From NCBI GenBank assembly GCA_964602055.1, contig CAZRPU010000004.1:12902-76901 (forward strand): a stretch of DNA of 64,000 nt, given 5' to 3'. Of the stretch, positions 27,172 to 36,901 are shown piece by piece. The translations under genes and the position numbers were made by a program. Position 1 is the stretch's first letter. Every line of letters starts with the position of its first letter. This DNA comes from an uncultured Ignavibacteriaceae bacterium. GTDB lineage: Bacteria; Bacteroidota; Ignavibacteria; UBA10030. The notes under the pieces were generated by a model. It was given only the letters and a program-made list of their open reading frames with translations, made no database searches and was not told the DNA's origin.

Positions 27172-28680
27172 ATGAAGCTCTCTTTTCGTACGCTGGTGCC
27201 TTTGTTCCTCGCCGTTTTCACCCTCAACGCCCAAACAGCCGGAGATCGAACCTCCGTTGACCTCACCGTCTACAACATGAATCTCGCACTGATCAGGGAA
27301 ATTCGCCCCATTACGGTTACCAAGGGAATCAATACGATTATTCTCCCCGATATCCCGGCTACCATCGACGGAACATCGCTGCACTTTTCCAGTCTCACCG
27401 ACCCCAAGTCTCTTCGCGTGCTCGAGCAGAATTTTCAATACGACCTTGTCCACCATGCGAAGCTCCTTGAAAAATATATCGGGAAGCAGGTCGAGTTCGT
27501 CCGCTACGATCAGGCAGCGGAAAAGGAATTCAGCGTTTTCGGAAAGCTCCTTGCCACGGGCTGGCAGCCTCAGTTTTCCTATAACCCGTACGGGCAACGA
27601 ATTCCGGGGCAATCCTACTCCTATTCCGGTCAAATGATTGCGGAAATCAACGGGAAGGTCGAGATTGGACCAACAGGCCGCCTGGTTCTCCCAAGTTTGT
27701 CGGATGGACTCATTCTCAAGCCGCAGCTCCAATGGATGCTCTCAAGCTCGCGGAGCGGATCGCACAACGCGGAAATCAGCTATCTGGCGACACAGCTTTC
27801 CTGGAACTGCGATTATGTCGTCCTTCTGAATCAGAATGATACCAGGCTTGAGCTGACGGGATGGGTGACGCTGACGAACAATTCAGGAACGTCGTTCAGG
27901 AATGCAGGCTTGAAGCTCGTGGCGGGGGATCTCAATGTCGTCAAGTCTGAAGCAGATGCGGTTGGATATGCGCGCAAATCCATGGCAGCGGTGTCGGATG
28001 AAGCAGCCCAGTTTCAACAGAAAGAGCTGTTCGAGTACAAGATCTATTCCCTCCAGCGCCGAACCGATCTCGCGAACAATGAAACAAAGCAAATCGAACT
28101 TGTTTCCGGAAAAGACGTACCTGCGCGGAAAATCTTCCTGTATGACGGCCTTGCAGATTACTGGCGCTCATGGCACAACAATGCCGGCTACAGAGAGCAG
28201 GGAAGCTTTGGACAGCAGTCCAATGCCAAAGTTGGCGTTTTTGTCACGATGAAGAACTCAGAGGCGGATGGCCTGGGAATCCCGCTCCCTCGGGGAAAAA
28301 TCAGGGTCTATAAGCGTGACACGGAAGGCAAGGAACAGTTCATCGGTGAGGACCAGATCGATCATACACCGAAGGATGAAGAAGTCCGCCTCTACCTTGG
28401 GAACGCCTTCGACCTTGTTGGTTCAAGAGTCCAGAAGAATTTCCGCGTTATCGTCTCTGGTCATTCGGTCGAAGAAACCATCGAAATCAAAGTCAAGAAT
28501 CACAAGGATGAACCGGTCGAAGTCATGGTCTACGAGCACCCCTGGAGATGGAATGAGTGGGATGTGACCAGAGCCAATGCAGAATGGGAGAAGATCGATC
28601 AATCAACATTGCGATTCCCGCTGAAGATTGCAAAGAATGCGGAGAAGACGGTTACGTATACCGTCCGGTACACGTGGTAA
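27172..28680 (+). CDS. DUF4139 (MuiA-like) domain protein, secreted
   Basis: It has a signal peptide (MKLSFRTLVPLFLAVFTLNAQ). The N-terminal DLTVYNMNLALIREIRPI...LPDIPATIDGTSLHF is typical of DUF4140/DUF4139 proteins. Confidence 0.55.
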   Translation: MKLSFRTLVPLFLAVFTLNAQTAGDRTSVDLTVYNMNLALIREIRPITVTKGINTIILPDIPATIDGTSLHFSSLTDPKSLRVLEQNFQYDLVHHAKLLEKYIGKQVEFVRYDQAAEKEFSVFGKLLATGWQPQFSYNPYGQRIPGQSYSYSGQMIAEINGKVEIGPTGRLVLPSLSDGLILKPQLQWMLSSSRSGSHNAEISYLATQLSWNCDYVVLLNQNDTRLELTGWVTLTNNSGTSFRNAGLKLVAGDLNVVKSEADAVGYARKSMAAVSDEAAQFQQKELFEYKIYSLQRRTDLANNETKQIELVSGKDVPARKIFLYDGLADYWRSWHNNAGYREQGSFGQQSNAKVGVFVTMKNSEADGLGIPLPRGKIRVYKRDTEGKEQFIGEDQIDHTPKDEEVRLYLGNAFDLVGSRVQKNFRVIVSGHSVEETIEIKVKNHKDEPVEVMVYEHPWRWNEWDVTRANAEWEKIDQSTLRFPLKIAKNAEKTVTYTVRYTW

Positions 28681-28714
28681 AAGCCGTTCGGGGCGAGAAA
28701 GAGCGCAGGGGGGG

Positions 28715-30106
28715 TTACAGCTTTCTTCCCTTCAGCACCCTCGACCAATGGATAATTTGCTTCTTTACTTCATGGGGTGAGGTGCTGCCGGCAGATTTCT
28801 TCTGTTCCACGCTTTTGTGGGGCAGCAGAAAGTCGAAGATGTCCGCTTCGAAGGTCTTGGAAAAGGTGTGAAGGGTATCGAGGTCGAGATTGCCGAAATA
28901 CATTCTGTGGTCGATGCAGTAGGAGACGATCTTTCCGGTGATTTCGTGTGCCTCGCGGAACGGAAGGCCCTTTCTCACCAAATAATCTGCAATTTCTGTA
29001 GCTGTCGTGAAGTCGTTCCGAAGTTCTTCCTCCATATGGTCCCGCCGAAACTCGGTATGGACCAGCATATGGGTGGTAACAAAAACGCACTGACGCGTCG
29101 TATTCACCGCATCAAACATCGGATATTTGTCTTCCTGCATATCCCTGTTATATGCCAGAGGAAGTCCCTTCATCATCGTCAGAAGGTTCATCAGGTCTCC
29201 GTACACCCGTCCCGCTTTTCCCCTGACCAATTCAGCCATGTCCGGGTTCTTCTTTTGAGGCATGATACTGCTCCCGGTCGAGTAGGCATCGCTGATCTGC
29301 ACGTAAGCGAATTCTTTTGTTGACCACAGGACGAGCTCTTCTGCCAGACGGCTCAAATGCATGAGGATGACGCTGCACGCACTGACGAATTCGAGAAGAT
29401 AATCCCGGTCGCTGACGGCATCGATACTGTTTTCGACGATACCGTCGAACCGAAGTTTCTTGGCAACTTTGTTCCGGTCGATCGGAAACGACGTACCGGC
29501 AAAGGCAGCGGCGCCAAGCGGAGATTTGTTCAGACGTTTCCTGCAGTCTTTGAGCCGCTCGAGGTCTCTTTCCAGCATCGAGACATACGCGAGGAGATGA
29601 TGCGACAGCATGACCGGTTGTGCACGCTGGAGGTGCGTGTAGCCTGCCATGACGACCCCGAAGTAGCGCTCCGCCTTGTACAGGAACACTCGCTGAAGAT
29701 GCGTCAGGAGCCTCGACAGCTCGCCGATCGCTCCCCGCAAGTACAGACGCTCATCGAGAGCGACCTGATCGTTCCGGCTCCTCGCGGTATGAAGCTTCCC
29801 GCCGAGAGGTCCGATTTTTTGAATAAGGCGTTGTTCGATTGCGAGATGGACATCTTCAAAATCACCCGTCAACTCGAACTTGCCCGATTCAATTTCTTTT
29901 TCGATGGATTTTAGCCCCGTCCTGATGCGCCGGGCTTCCGCCGCAGTGAGAATCCTGCCTGCCGACAGCATTTCCACGTGGGCAATGCTCCCCGCAATAT
30001 CTTCTGCATAGAGCCTCTTGTCCAGATCGATGGACGAAGAAAACTTCAGGGCGATTGCTGAGAGAGGCTCTTTGAATCGGCCGCTCCAGAGGGCTTTATG
30101 AGGCAT
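28715..30106 (-). CDS. argH: Argininosuccinate lyase
   Basis: 463 aa with the fumarate-lyase signature GSSIMPQKKNPD, plus N-terminal LWSGRF and TARSRNDQV motifs. Confidence 0.95.
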   Translation of the reverse strand: MPHKALWSGRFKEPLSAIALKFSSSIDLDKRLYAEDIAGSIAHVEMLSAGRILTAAEARRIRTGLKSIEKEIESGKFELTGDFEDVHLAIEQRLIQKIGPLGGKLHTARSRNDQVALDERLYLRGAIGELSRLLTHLQRVFLYKAERYFGVVMAGYTHLQRAQPVMLSHHLLAYVSMLERDLERLKDCRKRLNKSPLGAAAFAGTSFPIDRNKVAKKLRFDGIVENSIDAVSDRDYLLEFVSACSVILMHLSRLAEELVLWSTKEFAYVQISDAYSTGSSIMPQKKNPDMAELVRGKAGRVYGDLMNLLTMMKGLPLAYNRDMQEDKYPMFDAVNTTRQCVFVTTHMLVHTEFRRDHMEEELRNDFTTATEIADYLVRKGLPFREAHEITGKIVSYCIDHRMYFGNLDLDTLHTFSKTFEADIFDFLLPHKSVEQKKSAGSTSPHEVKKQIIHWSRVLKGRKL

Positions 30107-30219
30107 TCAGGCTATCCGTTTTCAGTGAAAGAGGTTCAAAGCCGCTTCAAGATAGGGAAAAATGGGAAGGGGGGCAATGGCCAATTGCAGAGAGTCCATC
30201 GGCCGAGGCGCGTGGACGC

Positions 30220-30636
30220 TTAACGCAGGTGCTGAATGACGAAGGCCTGACAATAGTGTTTGATCTGATCCCGGACTGAGCGAAAAGCATTCATGATTTG
30301 ATCTTCGCTTCCCTGGACGGCCGCGGGATCAGGGAAATCTTTGTGGAGTTTCAGAGACTTTGCCGGGAAGTACGGACAACGTTCCCGCGCATTATCACAC
30401 ACTGTCACGACAATGTCAAACTCAAGATGTTTGACCGCTTCAAGAGTCTTCGACGTGTGTTTCGAAATGTCGATTCCCTCTTCTGCCATCACAGCGACCG
30501 CCCGCGGATTGAGTCCGTGCGCTTCCACTCCCGCACTGTGCACTTCGAGCTTCTCCTGGGCAAAGAAACGAAGCCATCCTTCCGCCATCTGACTCCTGCA
30601 GCTGTTTCCTGTACAGAGAACCAGAGCTCGCTTCAT
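30220..30636 (-). CDS. arsC: Arsenate reductase, LMW-PTPase type (thioredoxin-coupled)
   Basis: The start was chosen at the ATG at 30636. It has the CTGNSCRS P-loop plus the downstream cysteine pair VCDNARERCPYFP. Confidence 0.85.
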   Translation of the reverse strand: MKRALVLCTGNSCRSQMAEGWLRFFAQEKLEVHSAGVEAHGLNPRAVAVMAEEGIDISKHTSKTLEAVKHLEFDIVVTVCDNARERCPYFPAKSLKLHKDFPDPAAVQGSEDQIMNAFRSVRDQIKHYCQAFVIQHLR

Positions 30637-31103
30637 GGCGGCCCTCCCAGGGTTTTTGTCATGCAGACTGCCGTCGAAGGACAAAAGAGCTGATACTCTT
30701 TCGAAGCAGCAATGTACGGAGGAATTGGCCTTGTTCCCAGCTTCCGAAAACCCGCACGCGTAAAGAATTTCTCTGCCGTCGTTGTGAGGAGGCCGATTTC
30801 TTCCAGGCCAAGACTCTCCGCCCGGGCGATCATCCGCCGATAGAGCAATTGGCCGAGACCGATTCCCCTGTGCGATTGTGCAACGGCAAGCGACCGGAGA
30901 AGCGCCGCTTTCTCCCGGACTTCCAGTCCGACGGTTCCCACGATGCTTTCTCCCTGCCTCGCAACAAGGAACAGCCGCCAGTGCTCGGCAATATCGTCGG
31001 CAGGGAGATTGCAGACTCTCAGGAGTTCCTGTATGGAAGGAATATCCCTTTCGGCCGCAGTGCGAATTCCTATCCGCGAAAGCCTGTTATCCTTTTGTGC
31101 CAT
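30633..31103 (-). CDS. arsN2: GNAT acetyltransferase, ArsN2-like
   Basis: It has the GNAT A-motif (LAVAQSHRGIGLGQLLYRRM) and sits between arsM and arsC, with 4-nt and 17-nt overlaps. Confidence 0.65.
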   Translation of the reverse strand: MAQKDNRLSRIGIRTAAERDIPSIQELLRVCNLPADDIAEHWRLFLVARQGESIVGTVGLEVREKAALLRSLAVAQSHRGIGLGQLLYRRMIARAESLGLEEIGLLTTTAEKFFTRAGFRKLGTRPIPPYIAASKEYQLFCPSTAVCMTKTLGGPP

Positions 31104-31884
31104 AGACCGTTATGCTCTTCACCACCGCTCCACTCTCTCTGAACTTCCGGATTTCCTCTCTGCTCAGATATTCCGATAAAGCTTCGTCCGGCAGGTCAAT
31201 CGATCGCTCTTTTCGGACTGTGACCCCGGTAAATCCTGCATCCCGGATTCTGTCGAGATATTCATCCATTTTCACCGCTCCGGCGACGCATCCTGCGATC
31301 ATGGCCGCAGCATTCCGAATGGCAGGGGGCAGTTCCGCCGTCAGCACGATATCGGAAATGCTGAAATGTCCTCCCTGTTTCAGGACGCGAAAGATTTCTG
31401 CAAATGCCGTACGCTTGTCCGGTACCAGATTCAGGACACAATTGCTGATGACAACGTCAACGCTTTCGCTTTCGACGGGGAGGGCTTCGATGTCCCCCAA
31501 GCGAAAATCGACATTGGCATAGCCCAGTTTGTGCTTGTTCTCGTTGGCGCGCCGAACCATTGCCTCCGTCATATCCACACCGATAACATATCCCGACGGC
31601 CCGGCAGCCCGGCGCGCGACAAAGACGTCGTTCCCGGCTCCCGAACCAAGATCGAGGACGACATTGCCTTCTTGAATACCTGCAATTTCCGTCGGAATGC
31701 CGCATCCCAGCCCAAGATCGGCTTCGGGAACATATCCGGCAAGGCCGGAATAATCATCCGCCATGATGCCGATTTCCTTCGTCTGACATCCGCATCCCGG
31801 GCCGCAGCACGGCGTATCCGCCTTGGTCGCAATATCCTGATATTTTTCTCTCACAAGTGATTTTACTTCATCGGCATTTCTCAT
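31087..31884 (-). CDS. arsM: Arsenite S-adenosylmethionine methyltransferase
   Basis: The start was chosen at the ATG at 31884. It has the SAM motif VLDLGSGAGNDV and conserved cysteines (CCGPGCGC, GLGCG, ISNCV). Confidence 0.85.
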   Translation of the reverse strand: MRNADEVKSLVREKYQDIATKADTPCCGPGCGCQTKEIGIMADDYSGLAGYVPEADLGLGCGIPTEIAGIQEGNVVLDLGSGAGNDVFVARRAAGPSGYVIGVDMTEAMVRRANENKHKLGYANVDFRLGDIEALPVESESVDVVISNCVLNLVPDKRTAFAEIFRVLKQGGHFSISDIVLTAELPPAIRNAAAMIAGCVAGAVKMDEYLDRIRDAGFTGVTVRKERSIDLPDEALSEYLSREEIRKFRESGAVVKSITVYGTKG

Positions 31885-31906
31885 GTTGTTCTCCGAATAG
31901 AAAACG

Positions 31907-32239
31907 CTAACAGCATTGGTCGTGATTGTTTTTGATTTCCTCCAGGAACCCTTCAAACAGACCTCGGGCAGATTCCAGGTTCTTCCAATCGATGCAATAG
32001 CATGATGTGAGGCCATCGATCGTTCCCTTGATGATTCCGGCCGCTTTGAGTTCCTTCAGGTGCTGCGAGACTGTTGCCTGTGCGAGGGGAAGTCCATCGA
32101 CAATTTCTCCACACACGCATTCATTCCGCTTCGAGAGAATTCTCAGAATGGCAATCCTCGCAGGATGAGAAAGCGCCTTGGCTATCCTTGCGGCCTGAAT
32201 TTCGTTCTTGCGGAAAAGATGACTCTTGCTCCTCGCCAT
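31907..32239 (-). CDS. arsR: ArsR/SmtB-family metalloregulatory repressor
   Basis: 110 aa with a wHTH (LSHPARIAILRIL...ECVCGEIV...QATVSQHLKELK). The CVC motif is typical of As(III)-sensing ArsR. Confidence 0.9.
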   Translation of the reverse strand: MARSKSHLFRKNEIQAARIAKALSHPARIAILRILSKRNECVCGEIVDGLPLAQATVSQHLKELKAAGIIKGTIDGLTSCYCIDWKNLESARGLFEGFLEEIKNNHDQCC

Positions 32240-32252
32240 GGCTCCTGTCTTC

Positions 32253-32299
32253 TTATCGTATAATTACGATAATATACGCCGGAAAGTTGCTTCGCGCAA
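32253..32299 (-). promoter_or_regulatory. Putative ars promoter (TTGCGC-N17-TATATT on the minus strand) abutting a perfect 8-4-8 inverted repeat TTATCGTA-TAAT-TACGATAA (candidate ArsR operator)
   Basis: The inverted repeat is at 32253-32272, 14 nt upstream of the arsR start. The -10 is at 32271-32276 and the -35 at 32294-32299. All were read directly from the sequence. Confidence 0.5.
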
Positions 32300-32307
32300 G
32301 GAGAAAT

Positions 32308-34140
32308 CTACTTGACCGGGGCAGGACCGGATGCTGCAGATTTAACGAAATTTTCAAGTCCCTCGGCGATTTTTTCCGCAATACGCCTTCGGAAGCTGTC
32401 GTCGATGAGCTTCATTTCGTCTTCCGGATTGGAAAGAAAGGCCGTTTCAACAAGTACATTGGGGAGTTGCGTCGGGGCATTCAGGGTGAAATTGAAGCTC
32501 CCCACCACGCCGAACTGTTCGAACCCCAGCTCGAGCAATTTTGCATAGACCATGCTCGCAAGCGGCTTGAATCCTTCGTAACGGTAAAACGTTGCCGTGC
32601 CTTTGACGCGTTCGGGATCGGTGGTAAACCCGACTGAATTGCAGTGGATGCTCACGAGGAGGCGCGCATTCGACGTAAGAATTTTTTCCGTGCGGTCGCT
32701 CATGCTCCAGCCCGTTGAATCGTCTCTCGTCATCAGACATGTTGCCCCCTTTTGTGCAAGAACCTGGGCAAGGTGACGGGCAAGCGCAAGCGTCACATCC
32801 ATCTCACGCGTTCCCGTTGCTCCGATCGCTCCGAGATTCTCCCCGCCATGCCCGGCATCGACAACCACCGTCATACCCTTCAGGACAGAATCAGGGCCTG
32901 TCACAACGGGCGGGCGGCGAACACGGACTCGAAGGCTCGATCCGTTTTCATATCCGACATCGTATCCCCAATGAAAGGGCGTGGTGAGCCTGATGGTGAG
33001 GCGATAATGAGCGGCACCGACCTGATCCCAGGAAACGCTTTGAATGCCGGCCGCGGAAAGATGTTCTGTAATCCAGTTGGTATTCGATGTTGCTCCATAC
33101 AAGTCGACGGTCACAGCAGCCGGATTGATTTGCTGGTCGCTCGTGTACGGGAGTTTCTGCGAAAGAGAAACCGTCACGACATCTTCCCGATCGCCCCCGG
33201 CAACACTGATAGAGCCCACAAGGGACTGCGGAAGCGGTGCTTCTCTGGGAAGGAGAGTGGCAAATTCCTCCGGCAGCCATGCTTCCATCGATTCGGTGAG
33301 CCTGACTCTGTACTGCCGCCCCATCTTGCCGGTCACGACCAGGCGAACACCCGGCTGGAGATACCCCAGTTTTGCTCCTCCGAGACGATCGGTTCCGAGG
33401 CCTGCATTGAGAAACGGACGCCGGCCAATGAGCTCGACCGCACGGGGGAAGTCCCCGGGAATGATGGTTATTTTCCCCCGAGCCGCGGCCCGCTCGCTGC
33501 TCCAGAAACTCTTCCGGAGTTTGAAAGTCACTTCGCTGTTGCTGGCCTCATCTTGTTCCTTTACAATGTAGCGGCCGACATAGACCCCTTCAAAACCGCC
33601 TGCTTCTTTCGGCTGCAACTCTCTCATTGGAATTCCGGATTCTACTCCGTCGATGCCAAAAGTGGCCTCATAGCCCGGGCTTCCCTTGAATCGCACTTCG
33701 ATCACATCACCCGATCGCAGCCAGAGATCCTCCGAAGGCTCCATCATAGCAGACTCAATGGTCAACGTATCCCGCGGGGCGTTCTTTGCAGGCTCGCTTC
33801 TCACAAGCACGAACGCCCTTGACAGGGAATCTCCTGCCGGGCCGACGACGCGAATATCCACGGGATTGGGGCCGCTTTTCACCGAGAGAATTCCGACAAA
33901 AGCGCCGCTGGGATAGACCCTGACTTCCGTTCCATTGACGAAAGCTTTCGCCAGGGGGTCGGTGTTTCCCGCAAAACGATGACGGCTTGCTGGCGTGACA
34001 ATGGTGTCGCTCTCAGGATAGATCACATTGAGGAAAAGGGAATCACTGCGGGGCAAACCCTTGAGGCTGTCGAGCGGGGGTTGACCCTGGCCGTGCAAGA
34101 TACCGATGAAGAGGAAAAAGAGGGAGGATCGTATAATCAT
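32308..34140 (-). CDS. N-acetylmuramoyl-L-alanine amidase (Amidase_3) with a long N-terminal beta-rich region
   Basis: It has a signal peptide (MIIRSSLFFLFIGILHG). The C-terminal domain has VVVDAGHGGENLGAIG...LVSIHCNS...ETAFLSNPEDE. Confidence 0.85.
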   Translation of the reverse strand: MIIRSSLFFLFIGILHGQGQPPLDSLKGLPRSDSLFLNVIYPESDTIVTPASRHRFAGNTDPLAKAFVNGTEVRVYPSGAFVGILSVKSGPNPVDIRVVGPAGDSLSRAFVLVRSEPAKNAPRDTLTIESAMMEPSEDLWLRSGDVIEVRFKGSPGYEATFGIDGVESGIPMRELQPKEAGGFEGVYVGRYIVKEQDEASNSEVTFKLRKSFWSSERAAARGKITIIPGDFPRAVELIGRRPFLNAGLGTDRLGGAKLGYLQPGVRLVVTGKMGRQYRVRLTESMEAWLPEEFATLLPREAPLPQSLVGSISVAGGDREDVVTVSLSQKLPYTSDQQINPAAVTVDLYGATSNTNWITEHLSAAGIQSVSWDQVGAAHYRLTIRLTTPFHWGYDVGYENGSSLRVRVRRPPVVTGPDSVLKGMTVVVDAGHGGENLGAIGATGTREMDVTLALARHLAQVLAQKGATCLMTRDDSTGWSMSDRTEKILTSNARLLVSIHCNSVGFTTDPERVKGTATFYRYEGFKPLASMVYAKLLELGFEQFGVVGSFNFTLNAPTQLPNVLVETAFLSNPEDEMKLIDDSFRRRIAEKIAEGLENFVKSAASGPAPVK

Positions 34141-34164
34141 GGTACTGCAAAGAGGAGAGAAAAG

Positions 34165-34206
34165 AGGAAAAATACAACAGGAAAGCCGGTCCGCAGAGGG
34201 ACCGGC
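34165..34206 (-). terminator. Probable terminator after argG
   Basis: On the minus strand, GCCGGTCC-CTCTGC-GGACCGGC forms a perfect 8-bp GC-rich stem. It is followed by TTTCCTGTTGTATTTTT, an interrupted T tract. Confidence 0.45.
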
Positions 34207-34219
34207 ATCCGTCGTTCTT

Positions 34220-35485
34220 TCAGCGTTTTGATTTCCTGGCCAGTCTTCTCTTTTTCGCGAAACCGTTCCGATTTACCCGATAGAAGGTCTTGATCGGCAG
34301 GCTGAAGATTTTGATGAACCCTTCGCTTGCCTTGTGGTCAAATTTGTCTTCTACGGTATATGTTGCAAGCGAGGTATCATACAGCGAATTAGGCGATGTT
34401 CGGCCTGCGATGTCGACGTTTCCTTTGTAGAGGCGGAGTTTGACGAGTCCATTGACGACTTTTTGAGTCTCGTGAATAAAGGCGTCGAACGCGGATCGAA
34501 GCGGGGTAAACCATAACCCGTTGTAGATCAGCGTTGCGTAATCGTGCGCCATCTTTGCCTTACGGTGAGCCACTTCTTTGTCGAGGGTGAGCCGTTCCAA
34601 TTCGCGGTGGGCAAAGTGGAGAATCACGGCCGCGGGAGCTTCGTAGACCTCGCGCGACTTGATTCCCACAAGCCGGTTTTCCACCAGATCGAGTCTTCCG
34701 ATTCCATTCGCTCCCCCAATCTCATTGAGAGAATCGATAAGATCGAACCCCTTCATCGGTTTTCCGTTCAGCGCACGGGGGACTCCCTCTTTGAATTCAA
34801 TGGTCACCGAGGTCGGCTTATCGGGCGCTTCCTGCGGCGATACTGTCCTTTGATAGGCGTCTGCAGGCGGCTCAGCCATCGGATCTTCGAGAATGCCGCA
34901 TTCGATGCTCGTCCCCCAAACATTTTCATCGATCGAATACGGAGAGGCCTTCGTCGCCGCTACCGGAATTCCATGAGTTTCACAATAGGCAATTTCTTCC
35001 TCGCGTGATTTGAATTCCCATTCCCGAAGCGGTGCAATGACATTCAGATCGGGCGCAAGAGCCGCAATTGCCGCTTCAAAACGCACCTGATCGTTCCCTT
35101 TGCCCGTGCACCCGTGGGCGATCGCAGTGCAGCGTTCCCGCCGGGCAACATCGACGAGCGCCTTGGCAATCAAGGGCCGCCCGATGGACGTTGCCATGGG
35201 ATATGTGTGTTCATACAACGCTCCTGCCTTCAGGGATGGAAACAAATACTCTTCGACAAATTCATCGCGCAAATCCTGGATATAGACCTTTTTCGCTCCT
35301 GTCTTGTACGCTTTTTCCGCAAGCCCCGTCAATTCTTTCTTCTGCCCCAGGTTCGCCGTCACGGCAATAACCTCGGCATTGTATCGCTCCTGGAGCCACT
35401 TGACGATCACCGAAGTGTCCAACCCTCCGGAATATGCCACCACTATTTTTTGTTTTTTCACTGCTTTGTTCCTTTGATAATCCAT
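34220..35485 (-). CDS. argG: Argininosuccinate synthase
   Basis: It has [10 protein letters not shown] (N-type ATP pyrophosphatase motif) and the [13 protein letters not shown] signature. The start is either the ATG at 35485 or the GTG at 35462, which has AGGAA upstream. The ORF-track extension to 35647 overlaps argR and is not protein-like. Confidence 0.95.
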   Translation of the reverse strand: MDYQRNKAVKKQKIVVAYSGGLDTSVIVKWLQERYNAEVIAVTANLGQKKELTGLAEKAYKTGAKKVYIQDLRDEFVEEYLFPSLKAGALYEHTYPMATSIGRPLIAKALVDVARRERCTAIAHGCTGKGNDQVRFEAAIAALAPDLNVIAPLREWEFKSREEEIAYCETHGIPVAATKASPYSIDENVWGTSIECGILEDPMAEPPADAYQRTVSPQEAPDKPTSVTIEFKEGVPRALNGKPMKGFDLIDSLNEIGGANGIGRLDLVENRLVGIKSREVYEAPAAVILHFAHRELERLTLDKEVAHRKAKMAHDYATLIYNGLWFTPLRSAFDAFIHETQKVVNGLVKLRLYKGNVDIAGRTSPNSLYDTSLATYTVEDKFDHKASEGFIKIFSLPIKTFYRVNRNGFAKKRRLARKSKR

Positions 35486-35492
35486 TCGTTGT

Positions 35493-35951
35493 TTAGGCCA
35501 CTTTCTTTTCCCTCGACATGAGCGAGCGCAGCGCTTTGATGATTTCCGGAATTTTTCTCGACGATGTCGGCGAGACGAAGATGGTGTTGTCTCCACCCAA
35601 TGTTCCCAGAATGGCGGGGTGATGGAGGCCGTCGATGATTTCTGCAACGCCCTGCGCTCGGCCGGGGAGCGTTCGTATCACAATGAGCGCCTCGTTGTGA
35701 TCGATATCCTCAATTTCCAGGCCGACAAACGACTTCAGCCGCTGCTCCTCGCTTTCGGCATGGAGCACATAGCGGGCCCCGCTGCTTGCATTGACCCGTC
35801 CGATGCCCAGTTCCTTGAGATCCCGCGACAGCGTTGCCTGCGTAACGCGGTGGCCGGCCTTTCGTAGCTCTTTGCAGAGTTCGACCTGTGTTCCGATCTG
35901 TTGATGCAGAATAATATGCTTCAGGGCGATCTGGCGTGCCTGTTTTGTCAT
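35493..35951 (-). CDS. argR: Arginine repressor
   Basis: 152 aa with an N-terminal wHTH ([29 protein letters not shown]) and a C-terminal oligomerisation/arginine-binding [11 protein letters not shown] (GTIAGDDT-like motif). Confidence 0.9.
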   Translation of the reverse strand: MTKQARQIALKHIILHQQIGTQVELCKELRKAGHRVTQATLSRDLKELGIGRVNASSGARYVLHAESEEQRLKSFVGLEIEDIDHNEALIVIRTLPGRAQGVAEIIDGLHHPAILGTLGGDNTIFVSPTSSRKIPEIIKALRSLMSREKKVA

Positions 35952-36901
35952 GGTGACACCTTTTCGGCTGTTGTGCGCAAGTCCCGGCGAAGCGTGCCGG
36001 AACCGTCCAGAAGAGCGGTCAGAATTGCTTTTTGAACATGAAGCCGGTTTTCTGCCTCATCGAAAACAACCGACTGCGGGCCCTCGAGAACCTCTTCGGT
36101 GATCTCTTCCCCCCTGTGGGCCGGAAGACAGTGCAGCACAAGGCAATCCTGCTTTGCTTTCTTGAGGAGCCGGCTGTTGATCTGATAACCGGCAAAGTCT
36201 TTCCGGCGTTTCTCCGATTCCTGCTCCTGACCCATGCTGGTCCAAACATCCGTATAGAGAACGTCCGCACCTTCTGCTGCTTCCGCAGGATCTTGTACGA
36301 TATCAATTGTGCTGATCCCTGTTTCCTTTGCCCTCCGAACCACCTGCGGATTCGGATGATATCCTTCGGGTGATGCAAGGACAAAGTTCAGGGGATAGAT
36401 TGAAGCTGCCTCCAACCACGAATGGACCATGTTATTGCCGTCCCCGATAAACGCTATCTTGATTCCGGGCTTGAGCGATCCATGCTGACGAAGCGTATAC
36501 AGGTCCGCCAATACCTGGCAGGGATGAGAGAGATCGGTCAGCGCATTGACCACCGGCACTGCTGCATGCGTTGCGAGCCCGCTCAGGACCTCATGATCGA
36601 ACAAACGGGCAACGATCGCTTTGCAATAGCGGGAGAGAAGCCTGGCAATATCCTGCACTGCCTCGCGCGAACCGATGCCAATTCCTTCCTGCGACAAGAC
36701 AACCGAGTGGCCTCCCAACTGGTGAATACCCACCTCAAAAGACACCCTCGTGCGCAGGGACGGCTTTTGGAAAATCAATGCAATCGACTGGCCCAGGAGC
36801 GGTTGAGCCGCTGCATCTTTTTTCAGGGTGTCCGTCAGAGTGAAAATGTTCTCCAGCTCGTCACGCGTGATGTCGAACAGCGTAAGAAAATCCCTCTTCA
36901 T
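35948..36901 (-). CDS. argF: Ornithine carbamoyltransferase (canonical type)
   Basis: It has SLRTR (variant of the STRTR carbamoyl-phosphate motif), HPCQ, DVWTSMG (DxxxSMG ornithine loop) and HCLP. An ATGA overlap joins it to argR. Confidence 0.85.
   Translation of the reverse strand: MKRDFLTLFDITRDELENIFTLTDTLKKDAAAQPLLGQSIALIFQKPSLRTRVSFEVGIHQLGGHSVVLSQEGIGIGSREAVQDIARLLSRYCKAIVARLFDHEVLSGLATHAAVPVVNALTDLSHPCQVLADLYTLRQHGSLKPGIKIAFIGDGNNMVHSWLEAASIYPLNFVLASPEGYHPNPQVVRRAKETGISTIDIVQDPAEAAEGADVLYTDVWTSMGQEQESEKRRKDFAGYQINSRLLKKAKQDCLVLHCLPAHRGEEITEEVLEGPQSVVFDEAENRLHVQKAILTALLDGSGTLRRDLRTTAEKVSP

Noticed and set aside
30128-30140. TGAA-N5-TTCA, a possible ARG-box half-palindrome upstream of argH.
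   Set aside because: The spacing is wrong (13 nt rather than 14 nt for the core), the centre is GC-rich, and it is a single copy. It is not comparable to the pair of boxes upstream of argC.
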